A DNA stretch of 64,000 bases. It comes from Octopus vulgaris (lineage: Eukaryota). The stretch spans positions 25,234,001 to 25,298,000 of the forward strand of contig OX597829.1 in NCBI GenBank assembly GCA_951406725.2, written 5' to 3'. Under the pieces are notes generated by a model. That model was not told the DNA's origin. It made no database searches and worked only from the letters and a program-made list of their open reading frames with translations. The first letter of the stretch is position 1; the number at the start of each line of letters is the position of its first letter. Position numbers and translations under genes: made by a program. Positions 25,911-39,395 of this stretch are shown here, one piece after another.

Positions 25911-27264
25911 TATACATACACAAACTTCATATATGCACATATACTATTCATTTATAATGATCAATACACACTCCCATTCACTTATGTTTATTTGTCCATT
26001 TTTGTGCATGTTAAGCAATTAGTATTGAGTCATTGCTTTACAAAATGGAGACCCGTCAGTTTTTCAATTAACTTATCTCACATCTTCATATTGTGGCCAT
26101 CTAATAAAATTCACTCCAGCTTTCAGTAGAAGACAACTGCCCAAGGTATCTCACAGTAGAACTGAACCATACAGAGCAATTCAAAATGTGCATCTACTAA
26201 AAATTCAAACCAAAACCTTTATCAACTCAAACACCTATATCCCAAGTATTACTTTAGAAGAACACTAAAAAATAAATCTCTGAATGCAATAAGATGAGAA
26301 AATGGGGGGGGGTGGTGTAAATGAATAAAATCCACAGATCATTTCAAATATCCCTCAAATTTATAAAAACTATATCTAAATCTTGAATCCTCTTACTTAA
26401 TTGTATGAAGTAACCCAGTCTTGGACAGATTAATCTGCCCATTTTTATTATAATGCCATATAATGACTGGTACCTCTGAAATAAAACAAGCTAGTTGACT
26501 TGTGCTTTAGAACTTAATGCAATGATGACTGAAGAGTCATGTAATTTCTAGCAGCCTTGATGTTAGGTGCAGCTTTGCCTTCTTCAGAAAATATAAGCTT
26601 AGTTTAGCATTCATTTCCAAAACAACCTATCACTTCTGCATTAAAAATTTGCTACAATGTTTAACCTCCTTTGTCAATATTTAAACAGTTAACTTGAAAA
26701 GCATCTATCGCTTCTTTGTTGATACTATAACCTTTTCTCTTGTAAAGCAGATAAATATATAGCAGGTTATGTAGCAACATAACTCACTTAGTAAGTCTTT
26801 TCATATGTTTTAATTAACTATTCCAAGTTGATTTTGTAACAACAAAAGATGTTACACTTTCAGCACACAATTTGAATTTTCCAGCATATTAGAAGAGTTG
26901 ATTGTCTACAATCAACAATATCTTCACCTCAGTTTGACATTACTGGCACAGATTAAGTAAGAGGGTTCAAGATATATATATATATATATATATATAGCAG
27001 CTCATATGGAAGAAGGCTTGAAAGTAACCCATTTTCTCCATAACCACAAAATATTTATCCTTTTAATTATAGTAACAGTTCAGTTCCATAAGTTAATTCC
27101 TAGTTATATTCAATGATGACTGGCAATTTGATAACTCTTACAAAAGAATGTTATGCAGTGAAGTGTATTTCTTTACATCACCAGTTTCTGTGCTAAAAGA
27201 AAACAATACTCTTTGCAGTTCTGATGAAGACAATATATAAACAGGCAAAAGCATGGCTGTATGG

Positions 27265-29110
27265 CAGGGGTCAGAGAACTTTTTAACCAATTATCCCAAA
27301 ATATATTTATTTACACCAATGTTACCCCCTTGATTTCAAAAGAAAATCATAGATTCTTTGAATTCAAAAGGTTTACTGAATCTATTTATAAAGAAAATAG
27401 AATTATAAATATAAAAAGCAATAAAATAAATTAATATTCTCATTATGAAATAAAAGGATTTTTCTTGACTTCCGGTTTTGGAGAAACATTTCGTTTTTGT
27501 TACAATTACATCAAAATTGGGGCATTTTGATGCCATAGTAATTTGGATAGTCTTTGAGGTCCAATCAATTTTGTTAAAGGGTGGAATTGAATAAGTACTT
27601 AAATCTACTTAACCCTTTTGTTATTAACCCGGCCGAAAAAGTTTTTGGTCCATAATACCAACCCGGCCGTGAGAGCCTATTGTTATTTAAATGTAAATTT
27701 GAACCCAAATCTCGTTGGTACATTCATTAAAGCATGTGATTTCACATTGTAAATAGTTAAGTTATAGTATCCGACATTGCTTGAAGTGATATCTCAACTC
27801 AGTGAATTTTGGGAGATTTTTTTCCACATGTTTTTCGGCATCGATTCTTCTTCAACTTTGAAAATGGATAGGAGTTTCATGTTATCAAGCATTGATTCCG
27901 AATTTAAAGCTTTGTCAACGGAAGATAGGGAGATATCGAGAAAAAGAATGAAATAGGTACTAAAGCACATGGTGTACAAAATAATGAATATTTTTTTATC
28001 CGAAAATGAAAGCAGCGCCTTCCGAAGAAACAAAGTGGCGAAGGCGACAGCGAAGACGATTTTACATCAAAATGAAGTAAAAAAAACTTTTAAAATGTTT
28101 TTATTAGCAATTTTTCTGAGGAGATAAAGTTTATCTATAGCCTTTCTTAGGAAGTGAAACCATTAGACTTATTTTTTTCAGTATGCTAGTTTGAAGCGAT
28201 CACTTCGGAAACAAACTTACGCAGATTGTAAACAAACCCAAAATCGGGGTTCAAAGTTTGGGAAATTTGTGAAGCAAATACTGGGTACTGCGTGGATTTA
28301 GTTTTTATACAGGGAAAATAATGTTAGTCAGCATGGCTTAGGGTACAATATGGTCTGGAATTTATCACTTCCATACCATAACCAGGGCCGTATATTATTT
28401 TTGGACCGATTTCTTTAGTTCAGTCAAACTTACGGTGGATTCCAGTATTTCACTTTATTCCACCTTTATGGTACACTTGTTGTGCATTAAATTCAACTAA
28501 TGATATAGTGATGTGCACAATTCTTCTTTATCAAAATTTTGTTGCATACCCATTTGAATATTAGCTGATGATTCATTTTCTATGGTGATGTTTAAACAAA
28601 ATTTTAATTTTTTACCTTTTGCTCAATTTAAAATTTTAATATTTTTACCTTTTGCTCAATGTACCTGGATTTACCTGTAATTAAAGTCACTTTGAGACAA
28701 AAGTTATGCAACAGAATTGATTAAGAACCCTTTCTTTAATTATGTTCCAAATATCACATTAATATGTTGATAAGTAAAACAGTTACAGTTATTTAATGAA
28801 ACAAACCTAGATTCATGATTATTTTAGAATTTAATTGAAACTCATGAGGGGTGTATTTTGGTCAGAAATATAGTAACGAAAAGGTTAAAGGAAAAACATG
28901 TCAAAAAATAAGGTCAAGGCAGGTAATAGACAACTGACAATATCTGTTTAGTCACTTGACAATGCTTTAGCAACCAAATTGCTTATAGTTCAAAATGGTG
29001 TGACGTCTCCTAAACACATCCATTACATTGGATAGATGCAGTGTTGCCTACCCCCAAGAATCTCATTTTCACCCCGCTTGGGGTAATTTATCCTGGTTTG
29101 CTGACACCTG
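27265..29110. mobile_element. Non-autonomous hAT element inserted in a SINE head and interrupted by a piggyBac
   Basis: TIRs CAGGGGTCAGAGAAC / GTTTGCTGACACCTG; 8-bp TSD CTGTATGG (27257-27264) / CTGCATGG (29111-29118). Confidence 0.8.
27613..28884 (+). mobile_element. Non-autonomous piggyBac deletion derivative (1.27 kb)
   Basis: TTAA at 27609-27612 and 28885-28888; TIRs; retains pieces homologous to the 10447-13013 transposase. Confidence 0.92.
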
Positions 29111-31011
29111 CTGCATGGTAAGAAGCTTGTTTCTCAACCATGTGGTCCTGGGTTTAGTCTTACTGTGCAGAACATTGGGTATGTCTTCTCATATAGCCAT
29201 GGGCCAACCAAAGAATGACTTGTATATGTATATATGTGTGTGTGTGTGTGCGCACATGTCCCCCACCCCCAGACAACTATGCAGTTCAGTATTAGGTATA
29301 AAAATATGTACTGGAGTCAGTTCAACGAAAATATTTCTACGAGCAACAGACTGCTACAAATGTTAAGTGTCCAGAATAATGTGCTTCAATGTGTGGTTTA
29401 TACTATTTTCAAGTGCCTCTTCATGTTATTCATACCTGTATATTATGTGCATGCATTCATGTATATACACACATCAGAGAGAGAGTGGGGGAGAAACAGA
29501 CAGACATTAGAAATCTGCAGAAAACAAGAAATTCTTTTTAACTACTTTAAAACTGCTTTCAAAAGTGACAACTCTTGCTGACAACAGTACCGTCAGTCAA
29601 TGGGAAATAAATATGAGGGGAAAGTGACTACAGTTAATATTTGCATACCCGGTAAAAATGCCTAAAACTGAGAGCATTTCACACAAACCAAAACACCATG
29701 AATGGAATAATTGTAAATGAACAAAAAGCAATTTTCAGAACAAACATCAATATTGTCTGCAAGGCAGTAATAAATGGGCTATAAAAACTGTAAAAAGAAG
29801 AAGAAAAAAAACACTGAAATGAGATTTATTTTGATAAACAGCAATAACCTAAAACAGATAATCCAGAAACAATTCAATCTATATATGAGAAAGAGAGATG
29901 TAAGATAGATATACGTTTTCCAAACATAAGAAAATGCTCTGAAGCTAATTGAATTGTAATAAGTACAATTATCTGAAACACCTTGTGTTCAGATCAAAAT
30001 CAACTAAGTAATTTTACAGTGAACACTTATTTTTGATTTCATATCTGCTTTCTATCAGCAAACTGTACAAAGACAAAGAAATTTTAAAATCCATTTATTC
30101 CTCACTAACTACATGTGAATGATAACCCAATTTGTGTAAACCTTTGCGTACAACAGTTCCATCGGTAGCATAGTTCAGACAAATATGATAGACTAACACC
30201 TAGTTAGTTGAAAGGGTAAAAATGTTAAGAATATAGTGCGAATTCTGAACTATTTACTGAATTTCAATGGTTAAAATGCAATGTGACCAGCTGCAATTCC
30301 ATTTCAATGCAACAGAGAGCAGGCTCTTTTTAATAACTACTGAGGCATAAAGGAAAATGCCAATTTCCAAAGCAGTAACCTTTTCAAATCAGCTTATCTC
30401 ATGAAAACATAAATAAAATTTCGTCACAACTGCAATAAGAATGCCAAAACCAGAAAAAAAAAAAAAAAAGATGGTCATTTAAATGACTTTCCAATATGTA
30501 CTTTGTGACATAACATTATGCAGAGTGGAATGATTTATAACTGTCCATGAAAAGAAATTTAAACTAAAATTTTGTATACATACTTCAATTTTATTTTTAA
30601 AAAAAATTTTACTTTATTTTCAAATAATTTTAATTTATCTGTAGAGTAAGAAAATCTGATCATTTAGTGAACCACATCATTTCATACTACGTGGTGCACC
30701 TGTTTTATAAGCATTCCAAGTTCAACTGAAATTTCCATAACAATTCTTCTGAGACACTACTCTACAGTTGTTATAGTTATAATAAATATAATTTTACATT
30801 TCAGTGAATTTGCACAAATCTGATACAAAAATTCAGCACCAGATTTATATAAAAACTGGTCTTTTTTGCTGTTCCAGAGACCACATATGTCAATAAAAAC
30901 AGTTTTCTGAAACGAGTTTAAATTCAATTTGGAAATTAAATAAAACTCTTAGCTAGAATTAGGATAACAAAAGTCACCTGGTTGTTGGGAAGCTAAGTTG
31001 CAGTTACTTAC

Positions 31012-31158
31012 GCTTGTTTGAGATCTTACATTTTGTTGAGGCGGAAACATATTTTGTTGTGAACTGACGCCGGAGGCAGCAGCCACTCGAGTCTGCTGCA
31101 CAAATCCTTGTTTACTCATATCATTGGGGAGCGAGTGTTGATTCTGCTTCTGATAAAC
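31012..31158 (-). CDS. eIF4G: eIF4G exon (VYQKQNQHSLPNDMSKQGFVQQTRVAAASGVSSQQNMFPPQQNVRSQTS)
   Basis: Acceptor TTTTCACAG, donor GTAAGT, 147 nt open, phase 0/0, Q-rich like the downstream exons. Confidence 0.8.
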
Positions 31159-31258
31159 CTGTGAAAATTAAATGAAATTCATGCCTGAGTCTCTAAAAAC
31201 AAATTAATCAAAATATGAAAACTTATTTGATAAAAGTTAGTACTATGCAATTACTTAA

Positions 31259-31471
31259 GCCTTTTGTTACCATATTTTTTTATATACACTGCCTTAATTC
31301 AAGTAATTTCAAAAAATGGAGAATCTAGTAAAATAATTGTTACTATTAAACAAGTTTGGAATATAAATCAATATAAAATTTTAATGGTAGATTTTAAATT
31401 TAACCAATTCAAAACTGGAACTTTGTATCACAGAACTAGGGGCAGTTTCAGGCAGGTTGGTATCAAAAGGG
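31259..31471 (-). mobile_element. piggyBac MITE related to 19153-19372
   Basis: TTAA GCCTTTTGTTACC...GTTGGTATCAAAAGGG TTAG; a related decayed copy lies at about 45487-45660. Confidence 0.7.
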
Positions 31472-32279
31472 TTAGTCCAAAATTGTTTTAGTTTTCCTGA
31501 AATATAAACTTCCAGTTTCCTTTAACTTTATGGGATAGCATCTTTTATACACATAAATTCAATCCAATGCACAATATTTTCATATTACAATTTTGCTGTA
31601 TACCTAGCTGATTAGCTAAGGTAATCTTTTGCCAAAAAGTTAAAATTCATGAAAACAAATGTTCTAAGGTTAAAACCAAAGATAAAAAAAAAATTCTATG
31701 ATCAATTTTTGTAAGTTAACGTTAAAATAAGGTTTAAAAAATTTCACAAAACAAAATTTTTAAAAAATTTTATTAGATACTGCTAATTTTTTGTACTAGA
31801 CTACCTCTTCAGAATTTTAACATTCCTTATGGATTGCCCTACCTTTCAGAGTTGAAAATTGACACCACGTATCTAGTCATTTGAACACAGAAGCCTAGCA
31901 TATGCACAGCTTTCCTGATTTCAAGGTACTTTTACAATAATTTTTTATTGGTGATTGATACCAACTGCTAATATTGAATATTTACATTTCTTTTCTGATT
32001 CATGAAACAGGCCTCTTTAGAAATAGAATTATTTATTTCCATCCAATTATATCTTTGCACCTGTTATTTCAAAATTTTAACTACCATTGAAAGTACTTTC
32101 CCTTGCTGTTCTTTTCACTGTACATAAATGTACAGTATGCTAGCTGTTACTCCATATTTGATTTATTATGCATTGCTTACATTTGTTAACTATTTTATGT
32201 AAATTTTTATCTGAGGTTGATTGAACTGAATCATTTTTTTTTTTTTTTTGCTGTTATGTTGCTGATCACTAACCCAAGT

Positions 32280-33290
32280 TTGCGAAGTCTCTTTAGTTAT
32301 ATCAATATGCCACTGCCACCTCAATCTACGTGCCAATAATATTTTATATACTTAGTGCAAATATGGTTGAAAAATGCAAGAGCTGCCTTAACGATCAAAA
32401 TGTATTTTCAATTGATGAAAGTGAGACCAATGAAAAAATTGTCAATGTAATTATTGGCTCAGTTAAAAATCCTCAGAAAACGTTCCTGATAGAATATTTG
32501 CCACTCAGATCAGTTTTAACTGCCAGTCATCGCTCAAATCATTGAGGATTCACTAAGTAGTATGGTGGTTACAAAAGAAAATTTTCTATTAATGTCTGAT
32601 GTTGCCCAGTATATGGCAGCTTCTGGGGAAGCATTACAAGTTATCTACCCTAAGCTCTTCCATGTAACCTGCCTCTCCCACCTGCTGCACAATTGTACTC
32701 TAAAGATAATGGCTTTCTATCCTGCAGTAGATTGTCTGATTGCCACCATCAAGGCTGCTATTGTAAAAAAAACTGTCAAGAGCAATTCAAAACAATAAGA
32801 TACTCTACCTCAGCCAATTGCAACAGGTGGGGTAGGCAGCTGGATGCCTGAAATTACTATGCCAAAAACCTTGTAGAGTTTTGAGGATGAAGGTATTTTA
32901 GTGCAGAGAGCAAAAGAAGCCATGCAAAATCCTGAGTCAGGACTAACCTCACTCAAATCTTCTCAAATTATCTGCAGTTGACAGAGTTGACTTGGAAAGC
33001 TAAGTCAGTAGCTTTCACCATCTGCAATGCTTACAAAAACCTCAAAGAACTGAAATTCAACAAAAGACCCATGTTGCATCACGAATTACATTGATTTTAG
33101 ATTCAATAAAAACTAAATCAATTCGATAATTCAACTAATGAACCCCAAACTAACACCTGCAGAATATGCAGATCTGATGCAATACCAAACATCATCATCA
33201 ATACTGAAAAAAAAAAAAATCCTTGCAAAAGAGGAATTTTTTTGTCTCCAAATATGAAAGCATTATATCCTATTGTACTACAATAAATTT
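32280..33290 (+). pseudogene. hAT-superfamily (DUF659/CGGBP-like) transposase relic
   Basis: SIDESE, LLMSDVAQYM and YPKLFHVTCLSHLLH (CxxH motif); frameshifted. Confidence 0.75.
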
Positions 33291-35279
33291 CCACAAAAAG
33301 TTATTTTTTAAAAATTGCTTTGATAATGCTCAAATATCATAAGGTAACTAGAATTAACTCCCTAATGTTTGTGGATTTATTATTAATAAGGTTAAAATTT
33401 GTCAAGTATGAAAATATTTCCCATGTCAACAGCAACTTTGATAGCTTATGTATGTTAGAGATGATTGTATTCTTTAGGAATTAGTGAACTAGCATCTGGA
33501 TGAGGTAAAAGTCACACATACTTGAGATGCAAGGATATGTGCATGCACAAAATGTAATTGACCAGCATTAACTGGAAATGGACAGTGTCACAAGAATAAA
33601 AAATCATTTGTAAGGACATTGTGTGGAATTCTCACTGGGAAGACAAAGGGCACCAGATTTTATATGCTAAATCTGTAATAAAGTCAGAGTACATGTCAAA
33701 GGTTGAATTTAGTCTCTTCAGAGTGCTCTGTCTACAAGCCTAGCAGATACCATCAACGATTGTACCTACTTTCAATATTATAGAGAAAGTACGATGGGCA
33801 TTCGGTGTTAAGTTTTGTTAATATAAAATGAAGTTCATTTCAGTGCTCAGTAAACTTTAATTTTTTTTAATTTTTAATTCATTAGAGCATATAGCCATGA
33901 TTTAGAACTAATTATGTTTGTACATTCAACATTTTACGTAATAATACAAAACTGCAGTAAACTTTTATATGAGTCTGTCTATCTAGTTGAAGAAAAGAAG
34001 CATTAACTGAAAATTTTATAGAAGATATAGTTATGTGAAGATTGTTTTCATCTATGTGACTCCAAATTCAATCCTACTGTATTTTATCCAATATTTAGAT
34101 CATGCATTTAATTAAAAGCAATCAAACAGAGGCTGTTATGGACACAAAATAGGTATTAAAACACACAAAAATGGTAAGCTTTTTTCAAGTCAAGTCTCAG
34201 AGCAGAGAAACAAGCTTTGTTTTTGCATGTATACATTGTAAACTGAAAATATTATCATTAAAAAGGTGTGTGACTAGACTAAGGAGGTTTTTAAGCTGTA
34301 GTAGTTGCTATTTAGATTTACACTCCTACAAGGGGAGCTTACAATGCAGCTTGCACCTCAGTTTTATATCCCATTTCTCCAGCAGTTTTATAAATGCCTT
34401 TTTCTGGCATTAAAAGTTGTGGATAGTATCAATTGTTACACATGAATGCAATCTAAGTTTGCAATCAGAACAATTTTGTAAGTAGTTTGAAAATGCTATC
34501 TTGGAGACACCTAATAGCTTCAACAATAAGCAATCAAAGCCTTTTCAAGTCCTACAAATAATGTATCTGAAGTTGAATGATCAAGTGTCACCTAAAATAT
34601 TACTAAACTTGGCTTATTACCTCAGTTATAAGCTAATCAAATTTCTTTTTCAATGGCTAGCTCTGAGGAGAGAAATATTCATGTGAATGAAGAATTGTCT
34701 AATGAAAATAGAGAGAGATTAAAATAAGAGGAGCTCCATGTTTAGAATTCAATGCCATACATCAAACATTTTACATGCACTTTTTCCATCATGGCATGGG
34801 TTAGGTAAGAATACTGACATCATATTCGTGGGTTGATTACCTTTACCTTTCCTGATGCTAACACTGTCATTCAAGTTATCTACAATCCTTCATGTTTGCA
34901 CAACAATGCTGCCACATGTTTATATGAAACAGAGCTCCACAAATACAAAAATCATACATGGTAGTGGGACTGAAATCAAAACCATGTAATTAGGAAGTGA
35001 AATTCCTAAACAAGCAGCCATGCCTGCCATTAATATGCTTACCAGTGTGTATTTGTGTTTTCCATGCACACATGGGTCAGATTAGAGTAAAACTTTCTAC
35101 AACCAGATGCACAACCTATTGTTTTCAAGTGAAGAATTATTTACCCTTAAGTTGTTCAGCAATAGAGATAGACTTAAAAAACATAGCTAGAATTAAATTT
35201 CGTGACAAAGCCCTTCAAGGGGGTGCCCCAGCAAAACCACAGTCCAATGACAAACTAGTCAGAAGATCATGTGCATGTG

Positions 35280-35790
35280 TAATCACTTATGATTATGAGA
35301 GAGTTCATTGTGGCAGATATGCAGAAACAATAAATACTAACACGGGAAAGATTTTCTTGAATACTCAGGGAGATCCTTAGTGGACATTTTACCTAGGTGA
35401 ACTAATTAGCAATGAAGGAATATGCTCTGAAAATCTAGTAGCTAGAATACAAAGCAGCTGGGAAAGTTCAGGGAACATTTACCTTTGTTACTAACAAAAG
35501 GACCCACTCTCAGAGTGAGAAGTAGACTGTATGATGCTTGTGTACAAACTAAAATGCTTACATTATAGTCAAACATAAGCTGTGATTGCAAAACCCATAC
35601 AAACACTAGAAAGAAATGAAGTTAAAGTGCAAATATGTTGAGACAAGAATTGGTCATGTGATGCATCTGGATGAGGACATCTGCATAAAAAGTGCTGATC
35701 ACTAAATCCAAATGGTTCTTGGTGAAGAGGAAAACAAGGCTTGGGATGAAGTAGTGAAGTCTGATCGTAGATCATTTAGTTTCAAGGGGG
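35280..35790 (+). mobile_element. Decayed RTE LINE fragment
   Basis: Remnant peptides YLGELISNEG, ARIQSSW, RVRSRLYDACV typical of the RTE RT C-terminal region. Confidence 0.6.
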
Positions 35791-35811
35791 GAAATGACAA
35801 CATCCTCAATA

Positions 35812-36204
35812 TCTATATATATAAAGCTGAAGTTGTCTGTGTGTGGCAGGTTTGGTAGCCTTCAACTAACACTATCTCCTCCGACAGCCTGCGGTGCAAG
35901 TTGACCAAAATTGAGAGTATGATAGAAGGAGGCTTGCTCTTCCTTCCGTAGAAGATAAAATTCAAATCGGACCATGTTAACACCAAAAATTATTTACATC
36001 AGAAGGGAGCTTTTTTTTTTCTATGAAAACCCCTATTTTTTACGATTTTTTGACTGCTGTGTCACCATTTTTCGGTGTATTTCAACCAGAAAAATGTTCA
36101 CTTAAAGAGAATAACAAGCTACAAAATGCAAAATTTTTACTTTTCAAAAATTCCAATTCTAAAGGGTCGAAACAAACCCGAGCAACGCCGGGCGATACTG
36201 CTAG
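35812..36204 (+). mobile_element. Non-autonomous Helitron (393 bp)
   Basis: A|TC 5' end, subterminal hairpin CCCGAGCAACGCCGGG, CTAG|T 3' end, no TSD. Confidence 0.88.
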
Positions 36205-36345
36205 TATATATATATCCACACCCACCCACCCAGTATACATCTCTCTCCACACACAGTATATAAACGTATATAGTATATCTATATAGTGTACATATATATC
36301 AATACAGTATCTGTATAAATCTATAAATATATCCATATAGTTTCT

Positions 36346-36386
<41 letters not shown>

Positions 36387-37377
36387 TCTATAGTCTTTTT
36401 TAATGGTCCAAAAAGACAAATGGGATTATTACAACAATATTCAACTTTACCCTTTTTCTCTAGTCTTCACTCTGATGGGTTTTATTACCAAATATGATTA
36501 ATATTTTTACATATTTTTGAATATCAATGCCAATACCACATAACATTGTAAGCAGAAACAACTGTTTGATGGGATACAGTCTATTTGCATCGAATTAATA
36601 AATAATAATTGATTCAAGTCAATTGTTGTTAATCAGTACTTCTCCATTTTCTGTTTTCTTTAAATTTTGGTAATTCCTTGTCTTTACCTATAACTTATGA
36701 ACATATGTATGTCCACCATTAAATATACCGGTAATGTAATGGATATTTCAAACCCTTAGGTTATTTTAACCGTTAACTCTAACCTATATTACATACATAC
36801 CCATCCATCTCCCGACATATCTATACATATATATCCACCCATCTCCTGACATACTGACTGCTCATTCCTCTTCTGATGGAAGAGTTTGGACAGCTGGTGG
36901 ATGTGTATGGTCTCCCTGTTGGTACCTAGTACTCATCTGCGAACGAAGCACTGGAAGCCCATTCGATGACTACTCAGCAGGACTGCTATGTTGAACCCCT
37001 TTAATATGCCGAGGGATTAGCCCTTGGCATTTAGATCCATCGAGCTGGATTGAGGTGTCAGAGAATTTACTGGCTTGGATTTTACTACTGTGGTTCACCA
37101 TAGTTTCCTTGTGGAGCAGTGAGGATCTCATCTCTACAAAAACAATAGATGTCTCTGTTCATGGGCATTGCTAATGGTGAGGCATCATGGGACTACCCAC
37201 TATAAAAATAAGGGAGGATAACTAAAAAAATAGTTAAATTAGATGATGATCGTAGTAGTAGTAATAATGATTTCATTTATTTGCCACGAGGGTGAAAGAT
37301 GAGGGGGACAATAGAGAGACAGGCATAAAGTGTGGGGGTTTACATATAATAAAGAAATGATAAATAAAAACAAAGTA

Positions 37378-37535
37378 TACACTCTACATTCTTGGAGTGG
37401 TTGGCATTAGGAAGGGCATCCAGCTGTAGAAACTCTGCCAAATCAGACTGGAGTCTGGAGCAGCCATCTGGTTCGCCAGGCCTCAGTCAAATCGTCCAAC
37501 GCATGCTAGCATGGAGAGCGGACACTAAACGATGA
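37378..37535 (+). repeat. 3' end of an RTE-associated element (reverse of 54305-54470)
   Basis: GGAGTGGTTGGCATTAGGAAGGGCATCCAGCTGTAGAAAC...CATGCTAGCATGGA. Confidence 0.75.
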
Positions 37536-37639
37536 GATATATCTTCATCCGTCTGACATATCTATATGTATATATCCATCCATCTCCCAACATATATATA
37601 TGTATATATCCATCCATCTCCCAACATATATATATATAT

Positions 37640-38095
37640 CTATCACCTTGATCGACCAGTCTGTCAGGCGTCCATTTGACACCGCTAGTCACAGCATGCT
37701 GTCCACTCCTCTTTGGATCACGCCTTTTTCATCCACGTGATCCCAACCGCCCTCCTGAAATCGTAACTCCACTGTCGTGGAGGCCTTACGGGCAGCAGTT
37801 TCCGCTTGCACTGGTACCACTCGACAACTGTGCAGGTCCACCGATTATTAGTGAGCCGGGCGACGTGTCCAGCCCATCTAAACTTGCTGCATGTATACTC
37901 TGCGATGACATCCCTCACATCGTACTCATCGCTGAAACCACGGATCAGCTTCAGACCATGCTGATGGAGCTCGACATCAAAAGCTCTGCAGTTGGTCTCA
38001 AGATGAACTGCATGAAAACGAAGTTCATGCGGTCAGACAACGTACCAACAGGTCGAATGGTGATCGGCAGTGATGAAATAGGAGATAATGGAAAA
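37640..38095 (-). mobile_element. 5'-inverted, truncated RTE LINE
   Basis: Minus strand 37918-37640 encodes KFRWAGHVAR...WMKKA plus 3' UTR; plus strand 37919-38090 encodes the RT segment IVLIAETTDQLQTMLMEL...VGLKMNCMKTKFM. Confidence 0.88.
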
Positions 38096-38100
38096 TGTCT

Positions 38101-38491
38101 ATATATGTATATATCCATCCATCTCTCCACATATCTGTATATATCCATCCATCTCTCCACATATCTGTATATATCCATCCATCTCTCCACATATCTGTAT
38201 ATATCCATCCATCTCTCCACATATCTGTATATATCCATCCATCTCTCCACATATCTGTATATATCCATCCATCTCTCCACATATCTGTATATATCCATCC
38301 ATCTCTCCACATATCTGTATATATCCATCCATCTCTCCACATATCTGTATATATCCATCCATCTCTCCACATATCTGTATATATCCATCCATCTCTCCAC
38401 ATATCTGTATATATCCATCCATCTCTCCACATATCTGTATATATCCATCCATCTCTCCACATATCTGTATATATCCATCCATCTCTCCACA
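38101..38491. repeat. 30-bp minisatellite (ATATCTGTATATATCCATCCATCTCTCCAC) x about 13
   Basis: Essentially perfect tandem units; explains the overlapping periodic ORFs on both strands. Confidence 0.97.
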
Positions 38492-39150
38492 AGTCTATAT
38501 CTATATATATCCATCTCTTCCCATATCTATATATATATATAGCCCATGCTAGCATGGAAAATGGACGTTAAACGATGATATCCATCCATCTCTTCACATA
38601 TCTATATATATCCATCTCCCGACATATTTATATGTATGTATATATATATATATATCCATCTCCCGACATATCTATATGTGTATGTATATATATATATATA
38701 TCCATCTCCCAACATATATATATATATATATCCATCTCCCAACATATATATATATATATATCCATCTCCCAACATATATATATCCATTCATCTCCTGACA
38801 TATCTATATATATATCAATATATCTATATATATCTATCTATCAATATATCTATATATATCTATCTATCAATATATCTATATATATCTATCTATCAATATA
38901 TATATATATATCTATCTATCAATATATATATATATCTATCTATCAATATATATATATATATCTATATATCAATATATATATATATATCTATATATCATAT
39001 ATATATATATCTATATATCAATATATATATATATATATATATATATATCAATATATATATCCATATCTATATATCAATATATATATCCATATCTATATCT
39101 ATATATCTATATATATATATCCACCCATCTCCCAAAATATCTATATATAT
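38492..39150. repeat. Degenerate (TA)/(TATC) low-complexity tract with ATCCATCTCCC units
   Basis: Direct inspection. Confidence 0.9.
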
Positions 39151-39395
39151 GAGCAAAACTCCCCACTGTCCAATGGTCACTGCCAAATTATATCTGGTGA
39201 ATAAAAAGCAATCGGTGTTTTCTTTTTATTAAAAAATAATTAAGCATGCCTTTATTTCAATAAAATTTTTGGATTTATTAAACGAAAGTTAAGGCCAAAA
39301 AAAAAAAAACTTCATGAGAAACCAAATAGTCTTTCTTTCCTTCATGCCAAGTTTGATGAAAATCTCTTTTGCATCATACTTTTTTGGTCTCTTAA

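Noticed and set aside
38101-38491. CRISPR-like array
   Set aside because: Contiguous identical units with no spacers, no cas genes, eukaryotic context.
37951-39232. Long overlapping ORFs with periodic peptides (MDIYRYVERW, YIYI)
   Set aside because: They arise from the stop-free 30-bp minisatellite and TA repeats, not from genes.
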